Part shown: piece by piece, positions 36,288 to 45,205 of the stretch
Layout: the number at the start of each line of letters is the position of its first letter
Position numbering within the stretch: position 1 is the first letter of the stretch
Origin: Candidatus Giovannonibacteria bacterium RIFCSPLOWO2_01_FULL_46_13
GTDB lineage: Bacteria; Patescibacteriota; Minisyncoccia; JACPKW01; UBA11713
Length of the DNA: 60,303 nucleotides
Direction of reading: 5' to 3'
Assembly (NCBI GenBank): GCA_001778785.1
Contig: MFIE01000019.1
Coordinates: 1,072 to 61,374, forward strand
Program-made: the position numbers and the translations under genes
Notes under the pieces: model-generated
What the model was told of the DNA's origin: nothing
What the model saw: only the letters and a program-made list of their open reading frames with translations
Database searches by the model: none

Positions 36288-37460
36288 ATGAACGTTACAT
36301 TCCAACAGTTGTTACCCTGGTCAGTAGGAGCAGTATTGGCGGTGTTTGCGATGTGGATGGGTGGGATTGTGAGTAGTTTCTGGGCAACACTCGGAATCCT
36401 TGGGTTTCTGGTAATTCTAGGGTCGCTATGGCTATTGCCTGCTTTTAGGCGATTTGCGGCGATTGTCTTCGTTGGCTTGGTGGTGGTGTGGTTTGTTGCC
36501 CCTGGAATCGCATACTGGTTTAGAACCAGCTGGCCAATTTTGGCAGACACCCTGACCAGGCGATCTATAGACGGCGAATTAAAGCTGTCGGAGTTAGGCG
36601 ATCCCTCTGCGCTTGTAGCTAGGATGGGCGTGGCAAAATATTGTCGCGAACTTGATAGGTTGCAGGGAGAGTGGGTCGCTAACCGTCTCAGTCATGAATT
36701 AGATAGTGTAAGACAGGTGAACCCCCTTGTGTTTGAGAAGCCTCCCCTCCCCAACTCTAAGAATGAGAAGAATATTCTCGCGTGGGTTAAGGTTATAGAA
36801 GCACGTCGTGCAGAATGCGCAAAACTAATTCTGCAGACTGGCCAGAAGACGACGGGAGTTTCAACGTCACCTGCACCAAGAAGATGGGTGGAAGGTTTCA
36901 GGGACTTCTTCATGGATAACCTCGAACTCGCGGTTTGGGCTATCGCTCTTCTGTTGGTAGCTGGTGTTGCCATCGCTTGGCTTAAAGGTCAAATGCCGAC
37001 CTGGCCAGCCGCAAAAACGGCGGCCATTATAATTGCGGTGGCGGTGGTTGTGACTATACTTACGCCAGAAGTTAAGGCAGCGTATGTCGGCTGGAAGGCT
37101 GGTTCGCCTCTGCCTTCGACATCGGAGCCGACGAGACCAGAGCCGGTGCTCATGCCAAATGGGGCGTTATACTTACCCCAAAGGTCCGAGTTTGTTCTCG
37201 GTGCGGGTACCGAACAGCGTTTCAGATTTGATTCGCTTGGTTTTGTAGCGATAGAGGGGAATCACACTATAATATGTGATCCACTTTGTAGGGACGAGAG
37301 CGGTATTATGGTTCATGAGTTGCCAGTTAGGACGGCGGAGTGGAAACAGCGGCGGGGTGGAAAGCCGTGTTTGAAGGACAAGGAGGCGTTCTACGTTACT
37401 ATACGTGGAGACGAAACTACTACCCTAAGAGCCCGCACCCCGAATGACAACCCATGTTAA
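36288..37460 (+). CDS. Hypothetical polytopic membrane protein with a C-terminal soluble domain
   Basis: ATG at 36288 lies 9 nt after AAAGGAGG (the track lists a TTG at 36282). About 6 TM helices, then a Cys-containing tail of roughly 110 aa. Confidence 0.55.
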   Translation: MNVTFQQLLPWSVGAVLAVFAMWMGGIVSSFWATLGILGFLVILGSLWLLPAFRRFAAIVFVGLVVVWFVAPGIAYWFRTSWPILADTLTRRSIDGELKLSELGDPSALVARMGVAKYCRELDRLQGEWVANRLSHELDSVRQVNPLVFEKPPLPNSKNEKNILAWVKVIEARRAECAKLILQTGQKTTGVSTSPAPRRWVEGFRDFFMDNLELAVWAIALLLVAGVAIAWLKGQMPTWPAAKTAAIIIAVAVVVTILTPEVKAAYVGWKAGSPLPSTSEPTRPEPVLMPNGALYLPQRSEFVLGAGTEQRFRFDSLGFVAIEGNHTIICDPLCRDESGIMVHELPVRTAEWKQRRGGKPCLKDKEAFYVTIRGDETTTLRARTPNDNPC

Positions 37461-37506
37461 AAGTATAATTGTTCCTTTTTCAATTGCACCTTGGTTAAAT
37501 CATCTC

Positions 37507-37549
37507 GGGGGCGGCACAGAGTTTACTCTGTTTCGCCCCTTTTTGTTTT
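37507..37549 (+). terminator. Rho-independent terminator
   Basis: GGGGGCG...CGCCCC stem with an inner ACAGAG/CTCTGT pairing, followed by TTTTTGTTTT. Confidence 0.6.
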
Positions 37550-37565
37550 CTGATATCCTTTATAT

Positions 37566-37955
37566 ATGAGGCAGATTTTAAATATTTTTTTATTCATATT
37601 AGTTTTAAGTAGTTTTTTAATATTTCCAGCAGCAATAGCGGCGCCTGAACAAGGTAATCAAATTGATGCTCCTCAGCAAGGAACTCAAGGTATTACAAAC
37701 ATTCCCAATCCAATACAGTGCGATAAGGCTTCGAGTTGTATGGCGAGGATTGCACAGATCGTTGCGCAGATTGCCTTGCCTTTGGTTGTTGTTTTCATAA
37801 TCTACTCCGGATTCCTTTTTGTGTCCGCCCGAGGGAACGAGGAACAGCTCGAGAAAGCCAAATCCACCTTCTTCTGGGCGGTGATTGGGGCGATTCTTGT
37901 GGTGGGGGCGTACGCTATCGCCACCGCCATTGAAAATTTCGCCAAGCAGTTGTAA
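37566..37955 (+). CDS. Second T4SS pilin-like protein (TrbC/VirB2-type)
   Basis: Signal peptide, then two hydrophobic helices around SARGNEEQLEKAKSTF. Same architecture as the N-terminal part of 9752..10480. Confidence 0.6.
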   Translation: MRQILNIFLFILVLSSFLIFPAAIAAPEQGNQIDAPQQGTQGITNIPNPIQCDKASSCMARIAQIVAQIALPLVVVFIIYSGFLFVSARGNEEQLEKAKSTFFWAVIGAILVVGAYAIATAIENFAKQL

Positions 37956-37992
37956 TATTCGCTCGCTAATCCTTTTAAGACGCTAGGTTATG

Positions 37993-38064
37993 GCGCCCTT
38001 AGCTCAATGGATAGAGTACTAGTCTTCGGAACTAGTGATGGGGGTTCGAATCCCTCAGGGCGCA
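37993..38064 (+). tRNA. tRNA-Arg (anticodon TCG)
   Basis: Manual cloverleaf: acceptor GCGCCCT/AGGGCGC, D arm GCTC/GAGT, anticodon stem CTAGT/ACTAG with loop CTTCGGA, T arm GGGGG-TTCGAAT-CCCTC. No encoded CCA. Confidence 0.9.
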
Positions 38065-38074
38065 CAACTATATT

Positions 38075-39529
38075 ATGAAGAAAATTCCCGCAGAGGTTCT
38101 CGGGGTTGTCGAAAAACTTCGGGAGAATAATTACGAAGCATATCTGGTCGGCGGGTGCGTCCGGGATTTTTTGCGCGCCAAAAAGCCGAAAGACTGGGAC
38201 GTGACGACCAACGCCCGCCCGGAAGACATCCAAAAGATTTTTCCGGAAACTTTCTACGAAAACCAATACGGGACCGTCGGCGTAAAAACAGAATCGGAGG
38301 ATCTTTCTCTCGCGGTCGTGGAGGTTACCCCGTATCGCATCGAGGCCAAATATTCCGACAAGCGGCACCCGGATAAAATAGAATTTGCGAACGAACTTCC
38401 GGAGGATTTGGGCCGCCGCGATTTTACGATAAACGCGCTCGCCTATGACATCGAGAAGAAAAAAGTAATCGACTTGGTTGAAGGTGAAGAAGACCTCGAT
38501 AAAAAAATAATTCGCGCGGTCGGAGAGCCGGACGAGCGCTTCAAAGAAGACGCCCTGCGCTTGATGAGGGCCGTGCGCCTTTCGTCCGAGCTTGGGTTTA
38601 AGATTGAAAAGCGAACGCTCGAAGCGCTTAAGAAAAACGCGGGACTTTTGAAATTTGTATCCAAGGAAAGGATCCGCGACGAATTCCAAAAATTAATTTT
38701 ATCCGAAGGCGCTGCCCAAGGCGTTGAACTTTTACGCGAAACCGGTTTATTGAAAGAATTTATTCCAGAACTTTTGGAGGGGTATGGCGTGGGGCAAAAC
38801 CTACATCATATATATAGCGTCTGGGAGCACAACACAAAATCGCTTGAATACGCGGTGAAGGAGGAATGGTCGCTCGAGGTTCGTATGGCGGCTTTATTGC
38901 ACGACGTCGCCAAGCCGCGAACCAAACGCGGCGAAGGGAAATTCTCCACTTTCTACGGGCACGATGTTGTCGGCGCGAAAGTCTCGCGCGAAATTTTAAC
39001 CCGCCTGCGTTTCCCAAAAGATTTTATTGAAAAAGTTTCCAAGCTTGTCCGCTTCCATCTTTTTTATTACAACGTAGACGAAGTTACGGAATCTTCGGTG
39101 CGCCGTTTGATCGCGAAAGTTGGGATAGAAGACATGGAAGATTTGATTCGCGTGCGCATCTGCGACCGCATGGGTTCGGGCGTTCCCAAGGCCGAGCCTT
39201 ATAAATTAAGGCATTTTCGCTTTATGGTGGAGAAGCTTCAGCGCGACCCTATCTCCGTTGGCATGCTAAAAGCCCGCGGGGACGAGGTCATGAAAACATG
39301 CAAAATCGAACCAGGTCCGAGGATTGGCTGGATCCTTTCTATATTATTGGACGAAGTTCTGGACGACCCAAAGAAAAATTCGAAAAAATATTTAGAGGAA
39401 AAAATCTCGCGCTTGTGTCCCCTCTCGGACGGTGAGCTTGCCGAACTGTCGAAAAAAGCCGAAGAGAAAAAAGTCTCGCTCGAAGGGCAGGAGGTTGAAA
39501 AAATCAAGAAAAAACATTACGTTAAGTGA
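38075..39529 (+). CDS. cca: CCA-adding tRNA nucleotidyltransferase with HD domain
   Basis: GGCVRDFLR, DWDVTT, RDFTINAL, and HD motif LLHDVAKP. Confidence 0.9.
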   Translation: MKKIPAEVLGVVEKLRENNYEAYLVGGCVRDFLRAKKPKDWDVTTNARPEDIQKIFPETFYENQYGTVGVKTESEDLSLAVVEVTPYRIEAKYSDKRHPDKIEFANELPEDLGRRDFTINALAYDIEKKKVIDLVEGEEDLDKKIIRAVGEPDERFKEDALRLMRAVRLSSELGFKIEKRTLEALKKNAGLLKFVSKERIRDEFQKLILSEGAAQGVELLRETGLLKEFIPELLEGYGVGQNLHHIYSVWEHNTKSLEYAVKEEWSLEVRMAALLHDVAKPRTKRGEGKFSTFYGHDVVGAKVSREILTRLRFPKDFIEKVSKLVRFHLFYYNVDEVTESSVRRLIAKVGIEDMEDLIRVRICDRMGSGVPKAEPYKLRHFRFMVEKLQRDPISVGMLKARGDEVMKTCKIEPGPRIGWILSILLDEVLDDPKKNSKKYLEEKISRLCPLSDGELAELSKKAEEKKVSLEGQEVEKIKKKHYVK

Positions 39530-39575
39530 GTCGGCTAGAGTTAAGCGGGCCTGCCCGCCGAAGCTTTAGCGTAGG

Positions 39576-39646
39576 CGGGCTGTAGTATACCGGCAGTACG
39601 TGCCCTTCGGGAGGGTAAAGACTGGGTTCGATTCCCAGCAGCCCGA
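39576..39646 (+). tRNA. tRNA-Pro (anticodon CGG)
   Basis: Acceptor CGGGCTG/CAGCCCG, anticodon stem TGCCC/GGGTA with loop TTCGGGA, T arm CTGGG-TTCGATT-CCCAG. Confidence 0.85.
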
Positions 39647-39661
39647 CTTAAAAATTTAATA

Positions 39662-39732
39662 GGGCCCATAGTAAAGTGGTATTACGCGGCATTCGCATTG
39701 CCGAGGCTGGAGTTCGATTCTCCATGGGTCCA
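39662..39732 (+). tRNA. tRNA-Ala (anticodon CGC)
   Basis: Acceptor GGGCCCA/TGGGTCC containing the G3:U70 alanine identity pair. Anticodon loop TTCGCAT. T arm TGGAG-TTCGATT-CTCCA. Confidence 0.9.
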
Positions 39733-39834
39733 CTACTACGCTCCTTGTAGCTTCGAAGTGCGCAGCACAAACGAAAAACCCCCCTTCCGTGGGAGGGAAA
39801 AAGTAAATGATTTACTTTTTTTAGGTTGAATCTA

Positions 39835-40038
39835 TCACACGCTCTCGTTCTTATTATCCTGGCCGCCTCGACTACTCTGGCCGCCTTTTTTTCCTGCTTC
39901 GCGAGCTTCCTCGGAGCTAAACTCGTGGGCGCGTCCGCTTTCGTGAGCGGCCCTCCCGCCCTTGGAAGCTATTTCGCGACGACGCTCTTCGTCCATACTT
40001 GCGAAGCCGCGATTTTCAGTCCCCCTATTTTGTGCCAT
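39835..40038 (-). CDS. KGG-repeat general stress protein (YciG-like)
   Basis: 67 aa with SKGGRAAHESG and AGKKGGQSSRGG repeats. The overlapping plus-strand ORF is low-complexity antisense. Confidence 0.75.
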   Translation of the reverse strand: MAQNRGTENRGFASMDEERRREIASKGGRAAHESGRAHEFSSEEAREAGKKGGQSSRGGQDNKNESV

Positions 40039-40145
40039 ATTATTTAAAATTAATTTTTACTAACCGACCTTTTATACTAAGACGAGGGGGCGCCAACCAT
40101 ATTTCGTAGATTTTTTCATCAATTTGTGGGAAGATAAAAGTTCAA

Positions 40146-40691
40146 ATGAAAGGAAGAGAATTTGATCCGAAAACAGCTCCGATATCTTTTATCGACCTAG
40201 AGATGACTGGTCTGGAATCTTCAAAGCACGAGATTGTAGAGATTGGATTGGTTAAGGTCTCCCAGCCTAATCTGGAGGTTATTGAGCGATGGGAGATTAA
40301 GGTTAAGCCTACCCGACTCGAGACCGCCGATCTTGAAGCCCTAAGGATAAGCGGGTACGACGCTGAAAAGTGGAAGGATGCGATAAGCCTGAAGGAAATG
40401 ATGGAAATGTTAGCCCCCAAGGTACAGAACACGATATTGGCTGGCTTTAACGTTTCAAGCGATTACTCCTTCCTCGATGTAGCCGTCACCTCAACGAGTA
40501 TTCCACTGGATTTCCACAGGCGTGTTTTGGACATTAATCCGTATGCGGCGGCTAAATTAGGATATGTTTTCGGAGAAAAAGGACTCGGTAGTTTATCCAA
40601 GGAATATGGCTTAGAGTTCGAAAACCACCATACAGCTTTAGCTGATGCAATGGCCTCTTTTGAACTGTATAAGAAGGCCAGATTAAGCTAG
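40146..40691 (+). CDS. DEDDh 3'-5' exonuclease (DnaQ/epsilon-like)
   Basis: ExoI FIDLEMTGL, ExoII GFNVSSDYSFL, ExoIII HTALADA. Confidence 0.8.
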   Translation: MKGREFDPKTAPISFIDLEMTGLESSKHEIVEIGLVKVSQPNLEVIERWEIKVKPTRLETADLEALRISGYDAEKWKDAISLKEMMEMLAPKVQNTILAGFNVSSDYSFLDVAVTSTSIPLDFHRRVLDINPYAAAKLGYVFGEKGLGSLSKEYGLEFENHHTALADAMASFELYKKARLS

Positions 40692-40693
40692 GA

Positions 40694-40812
40694 AAAGTTT
40701 CGCGTGAAACATTTGTAAATAAAGATAAATTTGTAAAACGTTTCACAGAGATATAAACATCGTTGTAAAACTCCGTAAAACGTAATTATTGGTTAAAGTT
40801 TCGCGTGAAACA
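40694..40812. repeat. Two exact 18-nt direct repeats (AAAGTTTCGCGTGAAACA), each containing a GTTTC/GAAAC palindrome, plus GTAAAAC sub-repeats
   Basis: Copies at 40694-40711 and 40795-40812. An inverted GTGAAAC half-site lies at about 40740-40746. GTAAAAC occurs three times in between. Confidence 0.7.
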
Positions 40813-40817
40813 CCATA

Positions 40818-41198
40818 ATGCCTTCAGATAAGAGGAAATTTGGGGATGTTTGCGAAAAGCTAGCCGCTAGGCATCTCTCTAGTAAGGGGTTTAAAATTTT
40901 GGAGAGGAACTACCTCAGGAAGTGGGGTGAGATTGACCTAATTGTTAGTGGAGAAAATGAGCTACATTTTGTAGAAGTTAAGGGATCTATTTTCAACTCA
41001 AAATTTGACCATAAACCGGAGGATAACGTCCATATGTGGAAAACTAAGCGTCTTTGGCGGGCCATCCAGACTTGGTTTATGGAGCATCCCGACTACGAGG
41101 ATTATGAGTGGCAAATCGACGTGATGGCGGTATTCCTTGATTTAGAGGCTAAAAGGGCTAAAATACGCTGGACAAAGAATGTAATAATAGAACGGTGA
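40818..41198 (+). CDS. YraN-family (UPF0102) endonuclease-like protein
   Basis: GEIDLIV...HFVEVK core typical of YraN. 126 aa. Confidence 0.75.
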   Translation: MPSDKRKFGDVCEKLAARHLSSKGFKILERNYLRKWGEIDLIVSGENELHFVEVKGSIFNSKFDHKPEDNVHMWKTKRLWRAIQTWFMEHPDYEDYEWQIDVMAVFLDLEAKRAKIRWTKNVIIER

Positions 41199-41269
41199 CG
41201 GGCTGGAGTATGGTGGCAGTACACCTGCTTTGGGAGCAGGTAGACTGGGTTCGATTCCCAGCAGCCCGA
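41199..41269 (+). tRNA. tRNA-Pro (anticodon TGG)
   Basis: Acceptor CGGGCTG/CAGCCCG, anticodon stem CCTGC/GCAGG with loop TTTGGGA, and a T arm identical to tRNA-Pro(CGG). Starts at the base after the yraN stop codon. Confidence 0.85.
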
Positions 41270-41322
41270 CAAGTTAGCAGTAAGAAAACCCTTATTTTAA
41301 CGTCTTACTATCGACCCAGTAC

Positions 41323-41820
41323 ATGAAAGAGAAAGATTTCCTGGCGGCATACGAAGCATATTCTGAAGCGCTTTTCCGGCATTGTTACTTTCGTATTTAC
41401 GATAGGGAGAAGGCCAAAGATATGGTCCAGGAGACTTTTATTCGAACCTGGGAATATATCCTGAAGGGGGAGAAAGTTGAGAACATCCGCGCTTTTTTCT
41501 ACCGCGTCTTAAACAATCTTGTCGTAGATGAAATAAGAAGGAAGAAGTCCCTATCTTTGGAAGAGATAACCGAAGGCGGTTTTCAGGCGAGCGATAATAA
41601 GGTAGGCAAGCTTCAGGTTGAGCTTGGCGCGGAGGCGGTAAACCTAATGAGATCGATGGAAAAGATGGAAGAAGAAAAGAAACAGCTCTTGATCATGCGC
41701 TTCATAGACGGGTTGGGCCCGAAAGAGATAGCAAGTGTGGTGGGGGAAAGCGAGAACGTAATTTCTGTGCGTCTGTCTCGGGCATTAAAAGAATTAAGAG
41801 AGATTTTCAATAATGGATAA
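41323..41820 (+). CDS. ECF-type RNA polymerase sigma factor
   Basis: Region 2 DMVQETFIRTWEY and region 4 HTH GPKEIASVVGESENVISVRLSRALKELRE. Confidence 0.85.
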   Translation: MKEKDFLAAYEAYSEALFRHCYFRIYDREKAKDMVQETFIRTWEYILKGEKVENIRAFFYRVLNNLVVDEIRRKKSLSLEEITEGGFQASDNKVGKLQVELGAEAVNLMRSMEKMEEEKKQLLIMRFIDGLGPKEIASVVGESENVISVRLSRALKELREIFNNG

Positions 41821-42940
41821 TTTAGAAAAAATTTTCGATAAAGCCAAGGAAGGAGTTAAATTGAGTCAGCAGGAAAAGGAAAAAATGAAGGGCTTTATTT
41901 TGTCGGTAACTAAAACCCCAGAAGCTCCTGTAAGAGATGAGGTTTTTGAACGTCGTACTTTCAAGCGACTTTTAACATATGCAGTTTTTTCTTTCTCGCG
42001 CCCGGCGGCCGCGTTTGCGGTTTTAATGCTAGTTATTGCGTCTGGCGCGGGAATTTCCCTCGCTGCGGAGGGCTCTTTGCCCGGCGATATTTTGTATCCC
42101 ATCAAGATTGAAGTGAACGAGGGATTTAGGGAGCACTTAGCCCGTTCTGACGAAGCTAAGATGGAATGGTTCGTTTCTGTTGCGGAAAGGCGAATGGAAG
42201 AAACGGAGCGCCTTGCTTCGGAAGATCGCCTGGACGACAAAGCGCGAGCCACCATCGAAGCTAACTTCGCAAAGAATGCAGAGAAAATAAAAACTCGCCT
42301 TAGCGCTACCGCTACGGGCGGAGAGGTAAAACTTTCCATCAACGCGGACGTAACTTCTCGGCTTGAAACCTCGCTCATGGCCCACGAGGAAATTCTTTCA
42401 AAACTTGCTGAAAAAAATTCTGGATCGAAAAAGGAAATAACTTCCGTTTTGGTCGAAGTTAAATCCATAAGCAAATCCGTGAAAGAAGTCCGCAAAAATT
42501 TTGAAGATGATGTCTTTGAAAAAAGGAACAGCCGCTTGGAGGAAGCGACAGCCCTGCGCCTGAAGGCTTCATTGGAAGCAATCGCAGAGGCCAAAAAAGC
42601 CCTTGAAAAATCTGGGGATTCCATAGACGAGGAAGTCCGTAAGAAGGCAGAAGAGATGATAAAGGAGGCCGAGGAGATAGTTGCGGAAGTGAAGTTGGGA
42701 AAGGCTGCTGAACAGGAGGACCAGAGTATCATGAGCTTGAAATCTTCTGCATCTTCCACAACCGAAGCGCTGACAAGACTGCACGAGGCCGTAAAACTCT
42801 CGAGCCAAGCTAAACTCATGCTCGAAGCGCAGTCTCGATTAAAATTAAAAGTCTTAGAATTTCCCGCAACAAGCTCCAGGGTTGAGATAGAAGAAAAAAT
42901 CGAAGAGAGAAATGAAGAGGAATTAGAAATTAACCTATAA
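41813..42940 (+). CDS. Single-pass membrane protein with a long coiled-coil ectodomain (anti-sigma / DUF5667-like candidate)
   Basis: Overlaps the sigma gene by 8 nt. One TM helix (AAFAVLMLVIASGAGISLAA), then a helical E/K-rich region. Confidence 0.5.
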   Translation: MDNLEKIFDKAKEGVKLSQQEKEKMKGFILSVTKTPEAPVRDEVFERRTFKRLLTYAVFSFSRPAAAFAVLMLVIASGAGISLAAEGSLPGDILYPIKIEVNEGFREHLARSDEAKMEWFVSVAERRMEETERLASEDRLDDKARATIEANFAKNAEKIKTRLSATATGGEVKLSINADVTSRLETSLMAHEEILSKLAEKNSGSKKEITSVLVEVKSISKSVKEVRKNFEDDVFEKRNSRLEEATALRLKASLEAIAEAKKALEKSGDSIDEEVRKKAEEMIKEAEEIVAEVKLGKAAEQEDQSIMSLKSSASSTTEALTRLHEAVKLSSQAKLMLEAQSRLKLKVLEFPATSSRVEIEEKIEERNEEELEINL

Positions 42941-42941
42941 C

Positions 42942-43478
42942 ATGACAAAAAAATATATTACCGTGATTCTTGTGATGACAATTCTTTCGGTAGGCCTATT
43001 TTCTCCGGCCTACGCCGATAACGACAACGGGCGATTCAAAAATTTATTTAAAAGGATAGACAAATCGATACAGAAGTTAGAAAAAGTGCAGAACTTCAAC
43101 ATCTCCCAATCTTTCTCTGTTGAAGGGGGCGGCGAAGCCAGGATTAGGGGCGGAACAATTTCCAACACCGCTTCGAGCACGATCACCGTAAAAGTTTGGG
43201 GACTCGACATCGATGTAAATACGGTAGGGGCGAAAATAACCCACAATGATAACGCGACTACGACTTTGAAAGTCGGGGACAAGGTGAACGTTAAAGGAAA
43301 AATGGAGACGGGCGGAATCTTGAAAGCTTCTTCTATCGAACTGCTTTTGTCCGGAAATACCAATCCACAGATTACAGAAAAAATTAGGAAATTAATCGAA
43401 CGCTTACGGGAAATCGAGCGAAGGGCCGGTTTACCTCTGACACCATTCCCGTCGGCAACATCCACATCAAGCAATTAG
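42942..43478 (+). CDS. Secreted small beta-rich protein (DUF5666-like candidate)
   Basis: Signal peptide ending in AYA, and a GDKVNVKG motif. Third gene of the sigma module. Confidence 0.45.
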   Translation: MTKKYITVILVMTILSVGLFSPAYADNDNGRFKNLFKRIDKSIQKLEKVQNFNISQSFSVEGGGEARIRGGTISNTASSTITVKVWGLDIDVNTVGAKITHNDNATTTLKVGDKVNVKGKMETGGILKASSIELLLSGNTNPQITEKIRKLIERLREIERRAGLPLTPFPSATSTSSN

Positions 43479-43502
43479 CTGGAAAGAGTAAAACCTTTGG
43501 GC

Positions 43503-43547
43503 AAAAAGTCAGCTCCGCTAGCCACAATGCGGGGCTGACTTTTTTTA
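43503..43547 (+). terminator. Rho-independent terminator
   Basis: AAAAAGTCAGC...GCTGACTTTTTTT. Confidence 0.6.
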
Positions 43548-43574
43548 TAGGACAATTTCGCATATAATTACCCA

Positions 43575-44315
43575 ATGCCACCAGCCTTAGAAGTCCAAAA
43601 CCTCATCAAAAAATATAAAAGCAAAGGCTTCGAGAAGGTCGCGGTAAACGACGTTTCTTTCGAAGTGAAGAGGGGAGAGTTTTTTGGGTTCCTGGGCCCG
43701 AACGGCGCGGGAAAGACTTCAACAATCAGTTGCATAACCGGAACGGCCAAGATTACTTCCGGGACGATTAAAGTTTTTGGGTACGACGTCGTGGAGGATT
43801 ACCGCGAGGCCCGGAAGAAAATCGGCATCGCCCCGCAGGAATTTAACATAGATATTTTTGCGAAACCAAAAGATATTTTATATTTTGTTGCCGGATACTT
43901 TGGCATTCCCAAGAAAGAGCGCCTCGACCGGATCGACCAGGTTATAAAAGACTTGGGTCTCGAAAGTTATACTGACAGAAAATTCATGGAGCTTTCCGGA
44001 GGGTACAAGAGACGAGTGATGCTGGCACGAGCCATGGTGCACGATCCGGATCTTTTGATTTTGGACGAGCCGACCGCGGGGGTGGATGTCGAACTGCGGC
44101 ACGACCTTTGGAGAATTTTGACGGAGTTGAATAAAAAAGGAAAAACAATTTTGCTCACGACGCATTATTTGGAAGAAGCCCAGCGCCTCTGCGACCGGAT
44201 CGGGATAATCTTCAACGGCAAAGTCGTCTCGCTCGAATCCAAGGCGGAATTAATTAAAGACGGCAAATCCATCGAGGACCATTATTTAGCGCAGGTAGGG
44301 GCTAAACCTAACTGA
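43575..44315 (+). CDS. ABC transporter ATP-binding protein (ABC-2 type)
   Basis: Walker A GPNGAGKTS, signature LSGGYKRR, Walker B LLILDEPT. Confidence 0.9.
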   Translation: MPPALEVQNLIKKYKSKGFEKVAVNDVSFEVKRGEFFGFLGPNGAGKTSTISCITGTAKITSGTIKVFGYDVVEDYREARKKIGIAPQEFNIDIFAKPKDILYFVAGYFGIPKKERLDRIDQVIKDLGLESYTDRKFMELSGGYKRRVMLARAMVHDPDLLILDEPTAGVDVELRHDLWRILTELNKKGKTILLTTHYLEEAQRLCDRIGIIFNGKVVSLESKAELIKDGKSIEDHYLAQVGAKPN

Positions 44316-44322
44316 GGTTAAG

Positions 44323-44586
44323 TTACAAGTCTCTATAAACATCTCGGCGATGATCTATCTCGAAGAAGATAGCTTCGTCGGCATCTTGAAAGTAAAATAA
44401 TACCCGCCAACTGCGGGTTACGCGAAAGGAAAACGCATGTTCTAATCCTTTTATCTTCTTTATGTGAAGTCTTGGGTCGCGCCAATTTTCCATAAAACGT
44501 TTTTCTTGAATGTCATAGATATGTCTAATTGGCTTTGGAACCGCTCGAAAAGACTTTATGAAGTCTTCAGTTTTTATTATTTCCAT
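44323..44586 (-). CDS. RelE/ParE-superfamily type II toxin
   Basis: 87 aa with HAFSFRVTRSWRVLFYF...AIFFEIDHRRDVY. Overlaps the upstream small ORF by 10 nt. Confidence 0.6.
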   Translation of the reverse strand: MEIIKTEDFIKSFRAVPKPIRHIYDIQEKRFMENWRDPRLHIKKIKGLEHAFSFRVTRSWRVLFYFQDADEAIFFEIDHRRDVYRDL

Positions 44587-44768
44587 GCAGAAGCTGGCGG
44601 ATATTTCTTAGTAGCCTTTTTATAGGAATTTTTAATACGCGCTGGGTTAGAGTAATCTTTAATATCTTCCCGCGGAAGCAATAAATCAAGCTTACCGCGC
44701 ATTAGGCGAAGCTCTTCTAGAACTGCAGTGAGTTTCTCGTTATTTGAATTTTGCTTTACTCGATTCAT
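44577..44768 (-). CDS. Cognate antitoxin candidate
   Basis: 63-aa ORF immediately upstream of, and overlapping, the toxin gene. Confidence 0.45.
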   Translation of the reverse strand: MNRVKQNSNNEKLTAVLEELRLMRGKLDLLLPREDIKDYSNPARIKNSYKKATKKYPPASAWK

Positions 44769-44799
44769 ATGTCCAATTGTACATTATGACGTTTGTATT

Positions 44800-45021
44800 T
44801 CAAGTTTGTTTCTTTGCCCTTAGGGCTGCCCAACTTTTCTCCTCTTCTTCGACTTTTTTCCACCAGCCATTCTTTTTTATAAAATCAAGAATTGATTTAC
44901 CGCATTTCTGACAAAGATCTTTATATTGGCGCATAGAATTTTTACTCGCATAGCTTAAGGAAATTTTTTCACGGCCGATTACTTTTCTGCAGATGTCGCA
45001 CTTCTCCACATTCATAGACAT
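44800..45021 (-). CDS. Small zinc-ribbon protein
   Basis: CDIC...CQKC pairs in 73 aa. Confidence 0.45.
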   Translation of the reverse strand: MSMNVEKCDICRKVIGREKISLSYASKNSMRQYKDLCQKCGKSILDFIKKNGWWKKVEEEEKSWAALRAKKQT

Positions 45022-45205
45022 TCAGTATAGAATTTTAGTTTAAATATTCAAGGAGTGAATAAATAATGGATATGATACAATTATCCAGCTATAGCACAAT
45101 AAATGTATCATCTGTATTCACAAACAAAAAAGCCCGTCGGTATTTCTACCTCGGGGCTTTTGTTTTTGGGATTTTTCAGGTTCAATCTCGTAACCTTCAA
45201 AGGTA

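Noticed and set aside
37988-38689. 233-aa minus-strand ORF
   Set aside because: It runs antisense to the well-supported cca gene and across tRNA-Arg.
39826-40047. 73-aa plus-strand hydrophobic ORF
   Set aside because: The minus-strand frame encodes a recognisable KGG-repeat stress protein, so the plus frame is its complement.
41866-42948. 360-aa minus-strand Ser-rich ORF
   Set aside because: It is the antisense shadow of the E/K-rich coiled-coil gene 41813..42940, a low-complexity mirror.
45066-45194. 42-codon ORF with an AAGGAG SD in the 45022-45205 spacer
   Set aside because: It runs straight through a bidirectional terminator hairpin (AAGCCC...GGGCTTTT) that serves the downstream receiver gene. 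It is probably non-coding.
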